A stretch of 64,000 nucleotides of DNA from positions 64,001 through 128,000 of IMG/VR virus record IMGVR_UViG_3300021400_000529; one strand, given 5' to 3'. The DNA comes from a virus (lineage: Duplodnaviria > Caudoviricetes). Below the pieces are notes generated by a model, which was not told the origin of the DNA, did no database searches, and saw only the letters and a program-made list of their open reading frames with translations. The position numbers and the translations under genes are program-made. Position 1 is the stretch's first letter, and the number at the start of each line of letters is the position of its first letter. Positions 48,936-58,208 of this stretch are shown here, piece by piece.

Positions 48936-50787
48936 TGCAAATTATTATGAAGAATATCTATATATTGACCCGGATGACACCTCATTTCAATTTGTGAATT
49001 TACCTACAACATTAACTAATGCGTATGATAATCGTTATTTTGAAGTGAAGGTTGTCTTGAAAAATAGTTTTGGTGAAGGAAATAGTGGTCAAACAATTTA
49101 TTGGTACCAGAATTATGGAGACAGACTTACAAGTAATGAGTGGGATGAAGCAGAACTTGGATTAACTTCAGTAACAGATGCGAATGGTGTGGCTAAGAAA
49201 ATGTTCCCAGCCCGTGCTGGTGTAAAATTAATCAAAGCAACCACCCGTGAGGACAGTGGAGATAATGAGTATTTGGAGATAACTTCTTATATTGATTATG
49301 ATATTCGTAATGTGTATGAGGGTGGTCATAATGATGCAGAAGTGTATTATGATAATGAAAATGATGTTCGGATGATTACTTCAACTTTTCCTGTGGTTGA
49401 TGGCAAAGTTATTATTCCTTTGAATGATTATACACCACCCGGATTGTATGATGTTAAAGTAGAATATATAAACAATGCACAATCTCCATGTAAAACATAT
49501 TCAAATTCACAGTTAACTGAGAGAATTGTGAGGAAAAAGGAAGGAAACTGGGAATTAAATACTAATTCAGAGTTGTGGAATGATGAAAAGGGAAGGTTTG
49601 AGGAAGAAGTTACACGCCAACTAGAAATAGAAGCCACATTAACAGATGAATATAATAAACCTATGACAGACGTGGGTATTGTTATTGAAGATGGAGTTAA
49701 ACCTAGGAATAGAAGAACCAATGATGAAGGAATTTTAACTTTTCATTATATTGGCAGATCACCTCTTGTTGCTACATCTCATACATTTTCTTATCCACAG
49801 AACAGGGAATATGCAACCACGTCTACTATAGTTTATTCATATACTAAAGCATTGAAACCATTTTTTTCTATTAAAAAAGGTGTGGAGGAGTATTTCTATG
49901 AACCTGGAACAAGCACACCTTACTTGATGACCACACAGACAAAGGACTTATTAAAGGATATTGATTGGATTAATACAAAAATTCTTTCTAAGGAACAGTT
50001 TGAAGATAACATGAACCTCATTACTTATGCTGGAAATGATGTTGATTTAAATGTAAGATCATATTATTATAATAAGAAATATTATTCCAATGATGAGGAA
50101 ATTAAAAGAAATAGTGATGGTGCTGGAATATACTGTGACTTTGATGATGAAGGTCATGATTTTTATTACATAAAATACTCAAATGGTAACACTACTGTTG
50201 AAAAGAGTGTGTGGGAGAATGCTCCGAGTTATAAGGATTTTGTTGTTTGTTCTGAAACTCCAATGTTATTTAGTGATGAAGACACTGCTACGCTTTATCC
50301 TAATTACTTCAAAGTTAATGATAAATCCTTATGGTTGATTGACAGAAAATCAGCAACTGATGAAGGATACACAGGGTATCCCAATTCCGAACCAAAAGTT
50401 ACAGATGGTGGATTAAATCTTGGACAAAGATATGATTGTATTTTTAACAAAGCCTTGGATATGAGTGGAACAAAAGAGTATCTGGTTACTTTGAGGTTGG
50501 TTAATAAGTATACAAGGATAGGATTAAGAAGAACATATAATGGCAATGTACTGCAAACTTATTTTGACCTTAACAAGCAATGGTATAATACTCATCTTCC
50601 AAAAAGAACAACCGTGACTTTCCGAATATATTATGACAGAAAATTAAATCAAATTAGAGTGTCTCATGATAATAAAAGTTATAAATTAATCAGTGGACAT
50701 GGTGAAACGGATTATAAAATATATCTTTACAGTATAAGCAATGAACTTGACAGTGAAGTAGTTTCTATAGAGGAAAGATTATTATGA
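48907..50787 (+). CDS. Ig-repeat tail fibre/adhesin (possible frameshifted continuation of 45225)
   Basis: TDANG and TNDEG repeats; 29-nt overlap with the preceding gene. Confidence 0.6.
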   Translation: MVITLTDGYNANYYEEYLYIDPDDTSFQFVNLPTTLTNAYDNRYFEVKVVLKNSFGEGNSGQTIYWYQNYGDRLTSNEWDEAELGLTSVTDANGVAKKMFPARAGVKLIKATTREDSGDNEYLEITSYIDYDIRNVYEGGHNDAEVYYDNENDVRMITSTFPVVDGKVIIPLNDYTPPGLYDVKVEYINNAQSPCKTYSNSQLTERIVRKKEGNWELNTNSELWNDEKGRFEEEVTRQLEIEATLTDEYNKPMTDVGIVIEDGVKPRNRRTNDEGILTFHYIGRSPLVATSHTFSYPQNREYATTSTIVYSYTKALKPFFSIKKGVEEYFYEPGTSTPYLMTTQTKDLLKDIDWINTKILSKEQFEDNMNLITYAGNDVDLNVRSYYYNKKYYSNDEEIKRNSDGAGIYCDFDDEGHDFYYIKYSNGNTTVEKSVWENAPSYKDFVVCSETPMLFSDEDTATLYPNYFKVNDKSLWLIDRKSATDEGYTGYPNSEPKVTDGGLNLGQRYDCIFNKALDMSGTKEYLVTLRLVNKYTRIGLRRTYNGNVLQTYFDLNKQWYNTHLPKRTTVTFRIYYDRKLNQIRVSHDNKSYKLISGHGETDYKIYLYSISNELDSEVVSIEERLL

Positions 50788-52886
50788 AGAATAAGGTGAC
50801 AACAGATTCCAATGGATTTGGAAATACTAAATATCAAAAAGCATTAACAGTACGAACACCAGTAACTGCTTCATTAGTGGATAATGATTTTTATGACCCT
50901 TCAGTTCATCTTAGACTAAATGTAGATTCATATCCAAGAATCAAAACCATTATCCAGAATGATGCTTCCAAAATAGGAACAACACATTATAATGAAAAAT
51001 GCAAATTAAACTGTGTGTTAAGTGATGAGAATGGTGATGAGGTAGGGAATGTAAAAGTCAAATTCAAAACAAAAGAAGCCGACATTAAAACACCAACAGT
51101 TGATGACCATGGTTACGGTGAAGTAGAATATGTTCCAACAACTGGAAAAGACTTCAAATACACATGTGAAGTTAGTAACAATGGAATTCACGGAAGTGCT
51201 GAGGAAACATTTACCGTAACCAATGACAAACAAACACCACTAGTAACCATCAAAAAAAGCACAGACACTATTGAGTATGGTGATAATCTAAGAATTTCTA
51301 CTGGTTTAACTGAAAGTGCGAAATCAGTTAAACCTAACAATCCATTATCAGGGTATACTCTGGGATTGTATACTCTTCCTTCCTCAAACAATGGAAACAT
51401 AACATTTGCAGAAACTGATGAAACCAAACTTGCTAATGTTGTTACTGGAAAGGAAGGTATTGTTATTAAATCTTTCAATAAGATTCCTGTAGGAAGTTAT
51501 AAGATTTACTCAGTATTCTGGGGTGATAAGAGAGATACTAAAGACCAAAATACCATAATAAGTCGTAATCCATTGTTCCACTGGGCATGGAATTACTGTC
51601 TTGTAGATGTTGTTCCAAGAACTGTTGGTTTTGAAGGAAATACTAAAGTAGAGATTGACGGGGGCAAGTTTGACAAATACATAGTTACTCTTGTTGATAA
51701 GAATGGAGACCCCATGGCCGGAGTAAATGTAGTTATTAAAGTAACCAATCTTAGTAATGATAAAACTTTAACAAGTTCAAGAACATCACCTTTGAAAACT
51801 AATCCTGAGGGTAAATGTGGTGTTGATTTTGTGGATATTGCTCCGAGTTCACCATTGCCTCATTTGTTACCTTGTGTTATTAAGGGATGGAATGTTGGTG
51901 CTAAGTATAAAGTTGAGTTTATGTTTAATCGTAATGATTATGAAATTCTTCACTATCCTAATTATAAGATTACTTCTTTTACTGGAACAGTGGTGTTTAC
52001 TAAAGCTGATACTTCAATGATTTATGTTATTAATGAAGAAGAGGGTTTGAAAGTAACTCTTTCCAGAACTGCTGGTGGAATCGCATTGGCGGGTAAGAAA
52101 ATAACATTCAAAGAGGGGAAAGTATCTGTTACAAAAACTACGAACAGCAATGGAATTGCTATATTAACTTCTGATGATTTGGAGGGTGGTGAACATACTT
52201 TAGATATTAGTTTTGGTGGTGATGATTTATATAATCCATGTTCCATAACAGCTAAATGGACTAATGTGATTATTGATGATTGTACTACACTCGCAACATT
52301 TACTACAATGAATGAAAGATGGTATGGTTCTTATGAAAATTATGCATGGTATAATCCTCGTAAATATTATTCAGATAGGTTAAGATATTATTGTAATGAA
52401 TATGGTAAAGGAAAAGTAGAAGAAGATGACGGAGTAACTGCTGAAACTGGAGTTATCATGAAATGTAATAATATTACATGTAATGGTAATTGTGATATTA
52501 CTTTCAAGTTAAAGTTCAAAACTGGCCGGAAAGATCATGGTTTTGGTGCTCATTTTGGTTTGGTACAACCGAATTATGTTACTGCCGAATTTGCTCCAGC
52601 AAGGTTTGAGTTGTTTAACAATCCTGGTGGAACATTCAATAAGTATTTTATTCATGATACTAATCGACGTCATGTTAAAAGTTTTAAAATGAGTTTTGAG
52701 TTTGATAAATGGTACCGCATGGTTTTCCAAGTTCGTGGCCGGAAAGTTACTTGTAAGAATTTGGATACTAATGAACAGTATACTGGAACTACTGATGTTA
52801 ATACTGAGGGTTTGCAACCGTACATTATGACATTTTTGAATTATTGTGAAACGAGTATACGTGAGCTGAAAATGGAATTAAAATAA
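50784..52886 (+). CDS. Ig-repeat fibre with C-terminal lectin-like domain
   Basis: TTDSNG and TTNSNG...FGGDDLY repeats; C-terminal DKWYRMVFQV beta-sandwich. Confidence 0.65.
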   Translation: MKNKVTTDSNGFGNTKYQKALTVRTPVTASLVDNDFYDPSVHLRLNVDSYPRIKTIIQNDASKIGTTHYNEKCKLNCVLSDENGDEVGNVKVKFKTKEADIKTPTVDDHGYGEVEYVPTTGKDFKYTCEVSNNGIHGSAEETFTVTNDKQTPLVTIKKSTDTIEYGDNLRISTGLTESAKSVKPNNPLSGYTLGLYTLPSSNNGNITFAETDETKLANVVTGKEGIVIKSFNKIPVGSYKIYSVFWGDKRDTKDQNTIISRNPLFHWAWNYCLVDVVPRTVGFEGNTKVEIDGGKFDKYIVTLVDKNGDPMAGVNVVIKVTNLSNDKTLTSSRTSPLKTNPEGKCGVDFVDIAPSSPLPHLLPCVIKGWNVGAKYKVEFMFNRNDYEILHYPNYKITSFTGTVVFTKADTSMIYVINEEEGLKVTLSRTAGGIALAGKKITFKEGKVSVTKTTNSNGIAILTSDDLEGGEHTLDISFGGDDLYNPCSITAKWTNVIIDDCTTLATFTTMNERWYGSYENYAWYNPRKYYSDRLRYYCNEYGKGKVEEDDGVTAETGVIMKCNNITCNGNCDITFKLKFKTGRKDHGFGAHFGLVQPNYVTAEFAPARFELFNNPGGTFNKYFIHDTNRRHVKSFKMSFEFDKWYRMVFQVRGRKVTCKNLDTNEQYTGTTDVNTEGLQPYIMTFLNYCETSIRELKMELK

Positions 52887-53454
52887 GTGAGTATGAAATG
52901 TTGTGTAAAAGGAAATTTTATAGTAATATAACATATGAATAATAATTGTTTATTAAAAAAAATATTATGTGACAATAATAAAGTTTCTTTTTTTTAGTTT
53001 TTTTTCCCTTTTTTTTACACAACTCAGATTAAAATTATTATCATCTTAACAATAGGAATTTTTCCATAAGAAGTGTGGATTGTATGTCTTTTTTGGGCAT
53101 AATAAATTATCATTACCAGATTTTGTTGTTAAATAATATTTATTTTATTGAGTTAACATTAAATTTTTTTCTTTAAAGAATTTTTGTTGTTTTTTGTACC
53201 ATATATCCGTTTCCAACTGATAAAATTGTTGTTTAGAAATAGGATTATGTTTTGTGGGTACAATTATTCACAATTATTGATAATTTTAATAACAATTATA
53301 ATTTATTAATTAAAGTTTTTTTTCAATAATGAAAAAATAATAAATATTATTTACATTTATCCAATATGTTTTATACTTTCCATACTTCTTATGGGTATGG
53401 ATTCTTATTGTTATGATTTTTAGTTTTATTTTTTTAAATATTTAAATTTTATTA

Positions 53455-53467
53455 TTTTATTATAAAA
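53455..53467. promoter_or_regulatory. Palindrome TTTTATTATAAAA downstream of TTTAAA, upstream of the endolysin
   Basis: Exact match, followed by CC as in the copies at 7636 and 11683. Confidence 0.45.
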
Positions 53468-53495
53468 CCTATAGGTATATAAATTTTTTAGAGTC

Positions 53496-54542
53496 ATGAC
53501 AATAAATTGCAATACAATAAATATAAAGAAAGGAAGTAATGGAGATACTGTAAAGGAACTTCAAAAATATTTAAAATACTACAAATATTATGATAGCAAC
53601 ATCGACGGATCATGTGGTGACTACACAGTTTCTGCCATAAAACAATTTCAGAAAAGACATAACTTAATAGTGGATGGAGTATTCGGAAAACTTTCATGCC
53701 AAGCCAGTTACATCAACGGACACGATATAAGTGCATCCAATGAGGTAATACCAATAAACAACTGGAAGGACATTCAGAAAAGATACACTGAATATGTTAA
53801 AACCAATGGAAAAGAACCAAACATAATGTATATCGACAAGGAATATCCTTACGAACACATTACATTAGCAAAGTATAAGGAAATCAGTGGAAGGTATGAC
53901 AAATGGGTTAAAGAACATGGAAGCGACCCAACATACATGAACATAAACAAAACTACAACCACAAATACAACCAATACGACAACCAATTCCAACCAAACAA
54001 CATTTACCATCAATTACCTCTGTGAAAAGAGTGGAGGGAACTGTTTAGGACAGATAACGGGTTATCATTGTGGTCCTCACAGTATAAAACAATGTCTTAG
54101 GAAATTTGGAATAACGGGTTATTCTGAATCAACCATTGGTGGTTACGCTGGAACAACAAAAGCTGGTACAGGTCATGCAGGACTTGAAACAGCCATAGCC
54201 AAAATAGCCAGACTTGAGGGAATAACACTGAAAGTAGAATGGAAAAACTTCAGTGACCTCGGAAATACTGTGGCTGAAAGATTTAAAAAATATGGTGAAA
54301 TAATAACTTCTTCAAATAAGGCTTGTTTCTGGCATGAAATGTACAGAAATCAATATGGACACTATTCTCTTCCTAAAACCGTCAATACAAAAAGTGGAAA
54401 TTTGGTTATTGCCAACAGTTTAGGTAGTAAATGTTCTGCTCCAGCTTATTGTGGTTATATGGAAAATAGAAGCTTCAACACACAAAGGAGTTATCTTGCG
54501 GGAATCAGTCAGAAAAGTATTTGTATCATAACAAAAGTATAA
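53496..54542 (+). CDS. Endolysin: PG_binding_1-like domain, two pseudomurein-binding-like repeats and a C39-like (PeiR-type) peptidase
   Basis: KKGSNGDTVKELQ...DG.FG; repeats ..RY..YVK.NG.EP...YI; GQITGYHCGP, GHY and IANSLG. Confidence 0.8.
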   Translation: MTINCNTINIKKGSNGDTVKELQKYLKYYKYYDSNIDGSCGDYTVSAIKQFQKRHNLIVDGVFGKLSCQASYINGHDISASNEVIPINNWKDIQKRYTEYVKTNGKEPNIMYIDKEYPYEHITLAKYKEISGRYDKWVKEHGSDPTYMNINKTTTTNTTNTTTNSNQTTFTINYLCEKSGGNCLGQITGYHCGPHSIKQCLRKFGITGYSESTIGGYAGTTKAGTGHAGLETAIAKIARLEGITLKVEWKNFSDLGNTVAERFKKYGEIITSSNKACFWHEMYRNQYGHYSLPKTVNTKSGNLVIANSLGSKCSAPAYCGYMENRSFNTQRSYLAGISQKSICIITKV

Positions 54543-54548
54543 TTGATT

Positions 54549-54929
54549 ATGAGTAAAAAGGGTTCTCTTGAAGAAAGATATTTGGTTAACTTTTTAGAAG
54601 ATAATGGTTATGCTGCCACAAGGATTCCAGCAAGTGGTGGTGCTACAAAAAGTGACCGTCCAGATGTATTGGCTGGTAACGGTAAAAACTGTTATGCTTT
54701 TGAAGTGAAATCAAGTAAAAAAGACATAATATATATTCGAAAAGAACAGATTGATGAACTGTTACGGTTTAGTTTTAAATTTGGGGCGAAACCCTTTGTG
54801 TGTGTAAAATTTACAAGAAAACCATATACAATTATTAATGTCAATTCATTGGAAAGAACACCTAAAGGAAATTATAAAGTTAAACGTGAAAACATAATCC
54901 AAGGTATACTATTGGAAAACATAAAATAA
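54549..54929 (+). CDS. hjc: Archaeal Holliday junction resolvase
   Basis: KGSLEER, RIPASG, PDVLAG and FEVKS motifs. Confidence 0.9.
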   Translation: MSKKGSLEERYLVNFLEDNGYAATRIPASGGATKSDRPDVLAGNGKNCYAFEVKSSKKDIIYIRKEQIDELLRFSFKFGAKPFVCVKFTRKPYTIINVNSLERTPKGNYKVKRENIIQGILLENIK

Positions 54930-54932
54930 TAT

Positions 54933-55235
54933 ATGATAATGGAATTTAAGAAAATGAATATTGATTCACTGGTAATAAAATTAGCGGAAGAATATCCGAC
55001 GGAAACTGAAAAAGTTAGGGAGATAAAACTTTTAATCAAAGAAATTGAAGAAGAAAAAGATGTTACAAACAATATTGAAGCACTTCAACAGATATGTAAT
55101 GATTTGTATAACATTTCTTCTTCAGAGAATTTAATAGAATTACAAGTTATAATAAATGAATACAGGAACAAGTATGATGTGACGGATCCTCGTGAAATTA
55201 TTAATTGGGATAATGGTAGAGGATTTGTGCAATAA
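54933..55235 (+). CDS. Hypothetical helical protein
   Basis: Contiguous with hjc; 100 aa. Confidence 0.55.
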   Translation: MIMEFKKMNIDSLVIKLAEEYPTETEKVREIKLLIKEIEEEKDVTNNIEALQQICNDLYNISSSENLIELQVIINEYRNKYDVTDPREIINWDNGRGFVQ

Positions 55236-55341
55236 AACTGAATGTTCATAATGAATGTTTTAGGGAATATAAAAAAAAATAATAATATTTTCCCCTTTTT
55301 TTTATTATTTTTTTCTTCCTTTTTTTTAATTTTTAGTAACA

Positions 55342-56661
55342 ATGTTTAATGAAGAAATAGTTGGAAATGATATTGATTACAATTGGGTGTTAGATAGTGA
55401 GGGTGACCTTCAATTGGTTCGTGGTAGTGAAAATCTTGGACAAGCTATTTTCTTAAGGTTATCTGCGTTTATTGGAAGTTTAGACTGGTGCTACAATAAT
55501 TATGGTAGTGAAGTAAAAGAATGGCTTGGAAAAAATCAGAATGTTTACACTCGAAACACACTTGTAGCAGAAATAACAAGAAGAGTTACCCTTGACCCAA
55601 GAATTGATGAAACAAATGTGGAAATAGTAGACTGGACTAATACTAGTATTGGAATTAAAATCATAGCTAATGTGAAAGATGGAACAACATTTCAGGAATT
55701 TTTCATATTCAGTGATCTTCCTCGTAGAGATGATAATGTAAATTCACCTCAATGGCACAATACATGGATTGATACTCGTGAAGATGGTTATTATGCAAAA
55801 CCTGGTGAACTTGTTACTGTCACATGTAAAGTCAGATACACAGATAATACGGTTAAGGACAATTCTGTAGATAAGATTGTTCCGATTGGTGAAGTTTCAT
55901 TGTATATTGGTGGTTATCATGTTGATATTGAACAGAATCCTCAAGAAATAGGACAAAGTTATGCTAAAGACCCTGGAACTTGCATATTTACTTTCAGAGT
56001 TCCACCTTTTATTAAGAAGGGTGTTCATGACCTTGTTTTTAAGTATAAAGGTATTCGTGGTTATAACAGTTGTGTTGGCAGTACTCAGATTCATGTTGTG
56101 GAACGTATTCCTACTGTTATGGAATTCCAGTATCCTCTTAAGCATGTACCATGGTATTATGCTAACCCAGTAGATACGTTTACAGAGCCTAAAGTTCATA
56201 TAATTGATGCTAATGATTATGATGTAGAACATGGTGAAGTAAGATATTATCTTAGTGACCATTATGATGAAGATACTCTTATTTTCATTGAGTTTCCTAT
56301 TATTTTTCATAATAGTGTGATGATTCCGAATAGGGTGCGAATGTATTGTAATGCAAGGGTATTGGATTATACTGAGAAATATGTGTTCAGAGTAAATTAT
56401 ATGTTCCGGCCTCATGATATTTTTGAATTGGTTGGAGCAAATGGGGAACATATTGATTACTTGGAATGTCTTTATGAAAATGCTAAAAAAACAGGTAATG
56501 GTAAAAGTGATGACATAATCTTTTATCTGGTTTCTACTAAGCATACAAAGCCTTATGAATTTGTTGATGAAGAAAATGTCAGAGTTGATGATGACAGAAA
56601 TGATGATATTGATGTTCAACGATATGACAATTCCAATATAACTATGAGGGTGGTTGAATGA
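55342..56661 (+). CDS. gp25/GpW-like baseplate wedge protein with Ig-like extension
   Basis: GDLQLV.G.ENL.QAI..RL....G....YGS ... DPRI motif. Confidence 0.75.
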   Translation: MFNEEIVGNDIDYNWVLDSEGDLQLVRGSENLGQAIFLRLSAFIGSLDWCYNNYGSEVKEWLGKNQNVYTRNTLVAEITRRVTLDPRIDETNVEIVDWTNTSIGIKIIANVKDGTTFQEFFIFSDLPRRDDNVNSPQWHNTWIDTREDGYYAKPGELVTVTCKVRYTDNTVKDNSVDKIVPIGEVSLYIGGYHVDIEQNPQEIGQSYAKDPGTCIFTFRVPPFIKKGVHDLVFKYKGIRGYNSCVGSTQIHVVERIPTVMEFQYPLKHVPWYYANPVDTFTEPKVHIIDANDYDVEHGEVRYYLSDHYDEDTLIFIEFPIIFHNSVMIPNRVRMYCNARVLDYTEKYVFRVNYMFRPHDIFELVGANGEHIDYLECLYENAKKTGNGKSDDIIFYLVSTKHTKPYEFVDEENVRVDDDRNDDIDVQRYDNSNITMRVVE

Positions 56662-58208
56662 AGAGAGTTTGGACAGTATATGGTCTTGTACAGATTAACA
56701 CTGAATACCAGAAATGGATTGTGCTTGATGAAGATGGAAAGGAAGTACAGAAAGAGGGTTATTTTACCATTGTTGATTATGATGGAATGGCACGACCTGT
56801 ACTGAAAGCTCCACTGGATATGAGTTATGGTTGGAAGAATCTTACTGCTATTTATGATGATGAGATTAAACAGAAGTATCAGAGTGTTCTTAAACGTACT
56901 CTTCTTTATTTGGGTGCTAAGGTTTATTTGAATTGTCCATGCATCTTCTTTGATGAGAATGATAAAACTATTACATTACGTGCTGATCTTTTTTATCATA
57001 ATAGGAGAGTTCCGGGTGGTGTTGGTAGTTTTTATCATAATAATAATATTTTGGATTCTTCTTATGTTTATGTGAAGGATGGTGTGGCATGTGAAGTTTT
57101 TGATGTGCCTGATGAGTTGGGTGTGTCTAATAATGATTCTTTCATGTTTGATTTTTATGCTAATACTGATTTTCAGTTAGCTCCCGCCTTTGATAATGGT
57201 GTTATTTATGTTAATCAAGTTCCACGGGATAAAGTTCCTTTAAGGGTTGATGTGGAAACTGTTATTGTGAATGAGGCTGAAGATGCTAAGTTGGTTGCAA
57301 GGGTGTATCATAAGAATTATGTTGATTATGTGAAGTATCCTGATAATTTGCTTCATACTTCTGAGGGTTATGTTGAGTTTTATATTGATGGTAAAAGGGT
57401 GGAAACTGGTAATGGTAAGTTTAAGTTTGATTTGAATTCTGCTGGTTTTGCTACTGCTCCTTTTAGTGCTACGATGGGTAAGGGTGTTCATAAGGTATTG
57501 GCGAATTTTTATCCGGACACTCCTGATTCCAATGCAAGATATGTGAAAACTGGTGGATGTGGTACTCTTTATATAGGAGATGACCCTGACAAACCACAGA
57601 TTTCAACATCAACTCCTTTATGTACATTTATTGGTAATGAAAATAAGACAATTACATTTAACAGTAATGAATTCTTAAAGGGTAATTTAAGATTATATAT
57701 TGATATGAAACCTGTGGCACTGCTTAATTCCAATACTGATGATGGTAGCTTTGACGTGAATGGTGTGAAAACAGTTGATTTATCATTTGACAGCTTAGAA
57801 GATACTGATAATGAAAATTATCGGTGGAATTTCACGGGACACCACAATCTTGCATTGAAGTATACAATAGATGATGGTGATTATTATCCATTAGAGTTCT
57901 GGTATTATCTTAATGATTTGTACATTCAAAGACAAACATTAGTCAAGGTAGATTGTGAATTGGATAATAACACTATTGAAGATAATGATGAAAATGTGTA
58001 TGTTGGAAACAATTCATTTTACATTAATGGAACAAACCCTGTTTGGTATTCACCACACACCACAGATAAAAGCAAAACAATTGGAAACAAACTAATTATT
58101 AATGTTGAAGATTTAGAAAATCCAAAATACACAGTTAATGAAGGACATGTAAGAGTAACCTTCATAACTCGTTATAACAAATCTTTGGAGGAAAATTTAG
58201 ATGACTAA
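56658..58208 (+). CDS. Ig-repeat baseplate-associated protein
   Basis: G.V.FYIDG and G.H...A.F repeats; begins and ends with half Ig domains. Confidence 0.6.
   Translation: MKRVWTVYGLVQINTEYQKWIVLDEDGKEVQKEGYFTIVDYDGMARPVLKAPLDMSYGWKNLTAIYDDEIKQKYQSVLKRTLLYLGAKVYLNCPCIFFDENDKTITLRADLFYHNRRVPGGVGSFYHNNNILDSSYVYVKDGVACEVFDVPDELGVSNNDSFMFDFYANTDFQLAPAFDNGVIYVNQVPRDKVPLRVDVETVIVNEAEDAKLVARVYHKNYVDYVKYPDNLLHTSEGYVEFYIDGKRVETGNGKFKFDLNSAGFATAPFSATMGKGVHKVLANFYPDTPDSNARYVKTGGCGTLYIGDDPDKPQISTSTPLCTFIGNENKTITFNSNEFLKGNLRLYIDMKPVALLNSNTDDGSFDVNGVKTVDLSFDSLEDTDNENYRWNFTGHHNLALKYTIDDGDYYPLEFWYYLNDLYIQRQTLVKVDCELDNNTIEDNDENVYVGNNSFYINGTNPVWYSPHTTDKSKTIGNKLIINVEDLENPKYTVNEGHVRVTFITRYNKSLEENLDD

Noticed and set aside
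55897-56619. 240-aa minus-strand ORF, and similar ones such as 12791..13390, 6205..6696 and 35693..36190
   Set aside because: They overlap well-supported plus-strand genes and have the biased composition typical of shadows.
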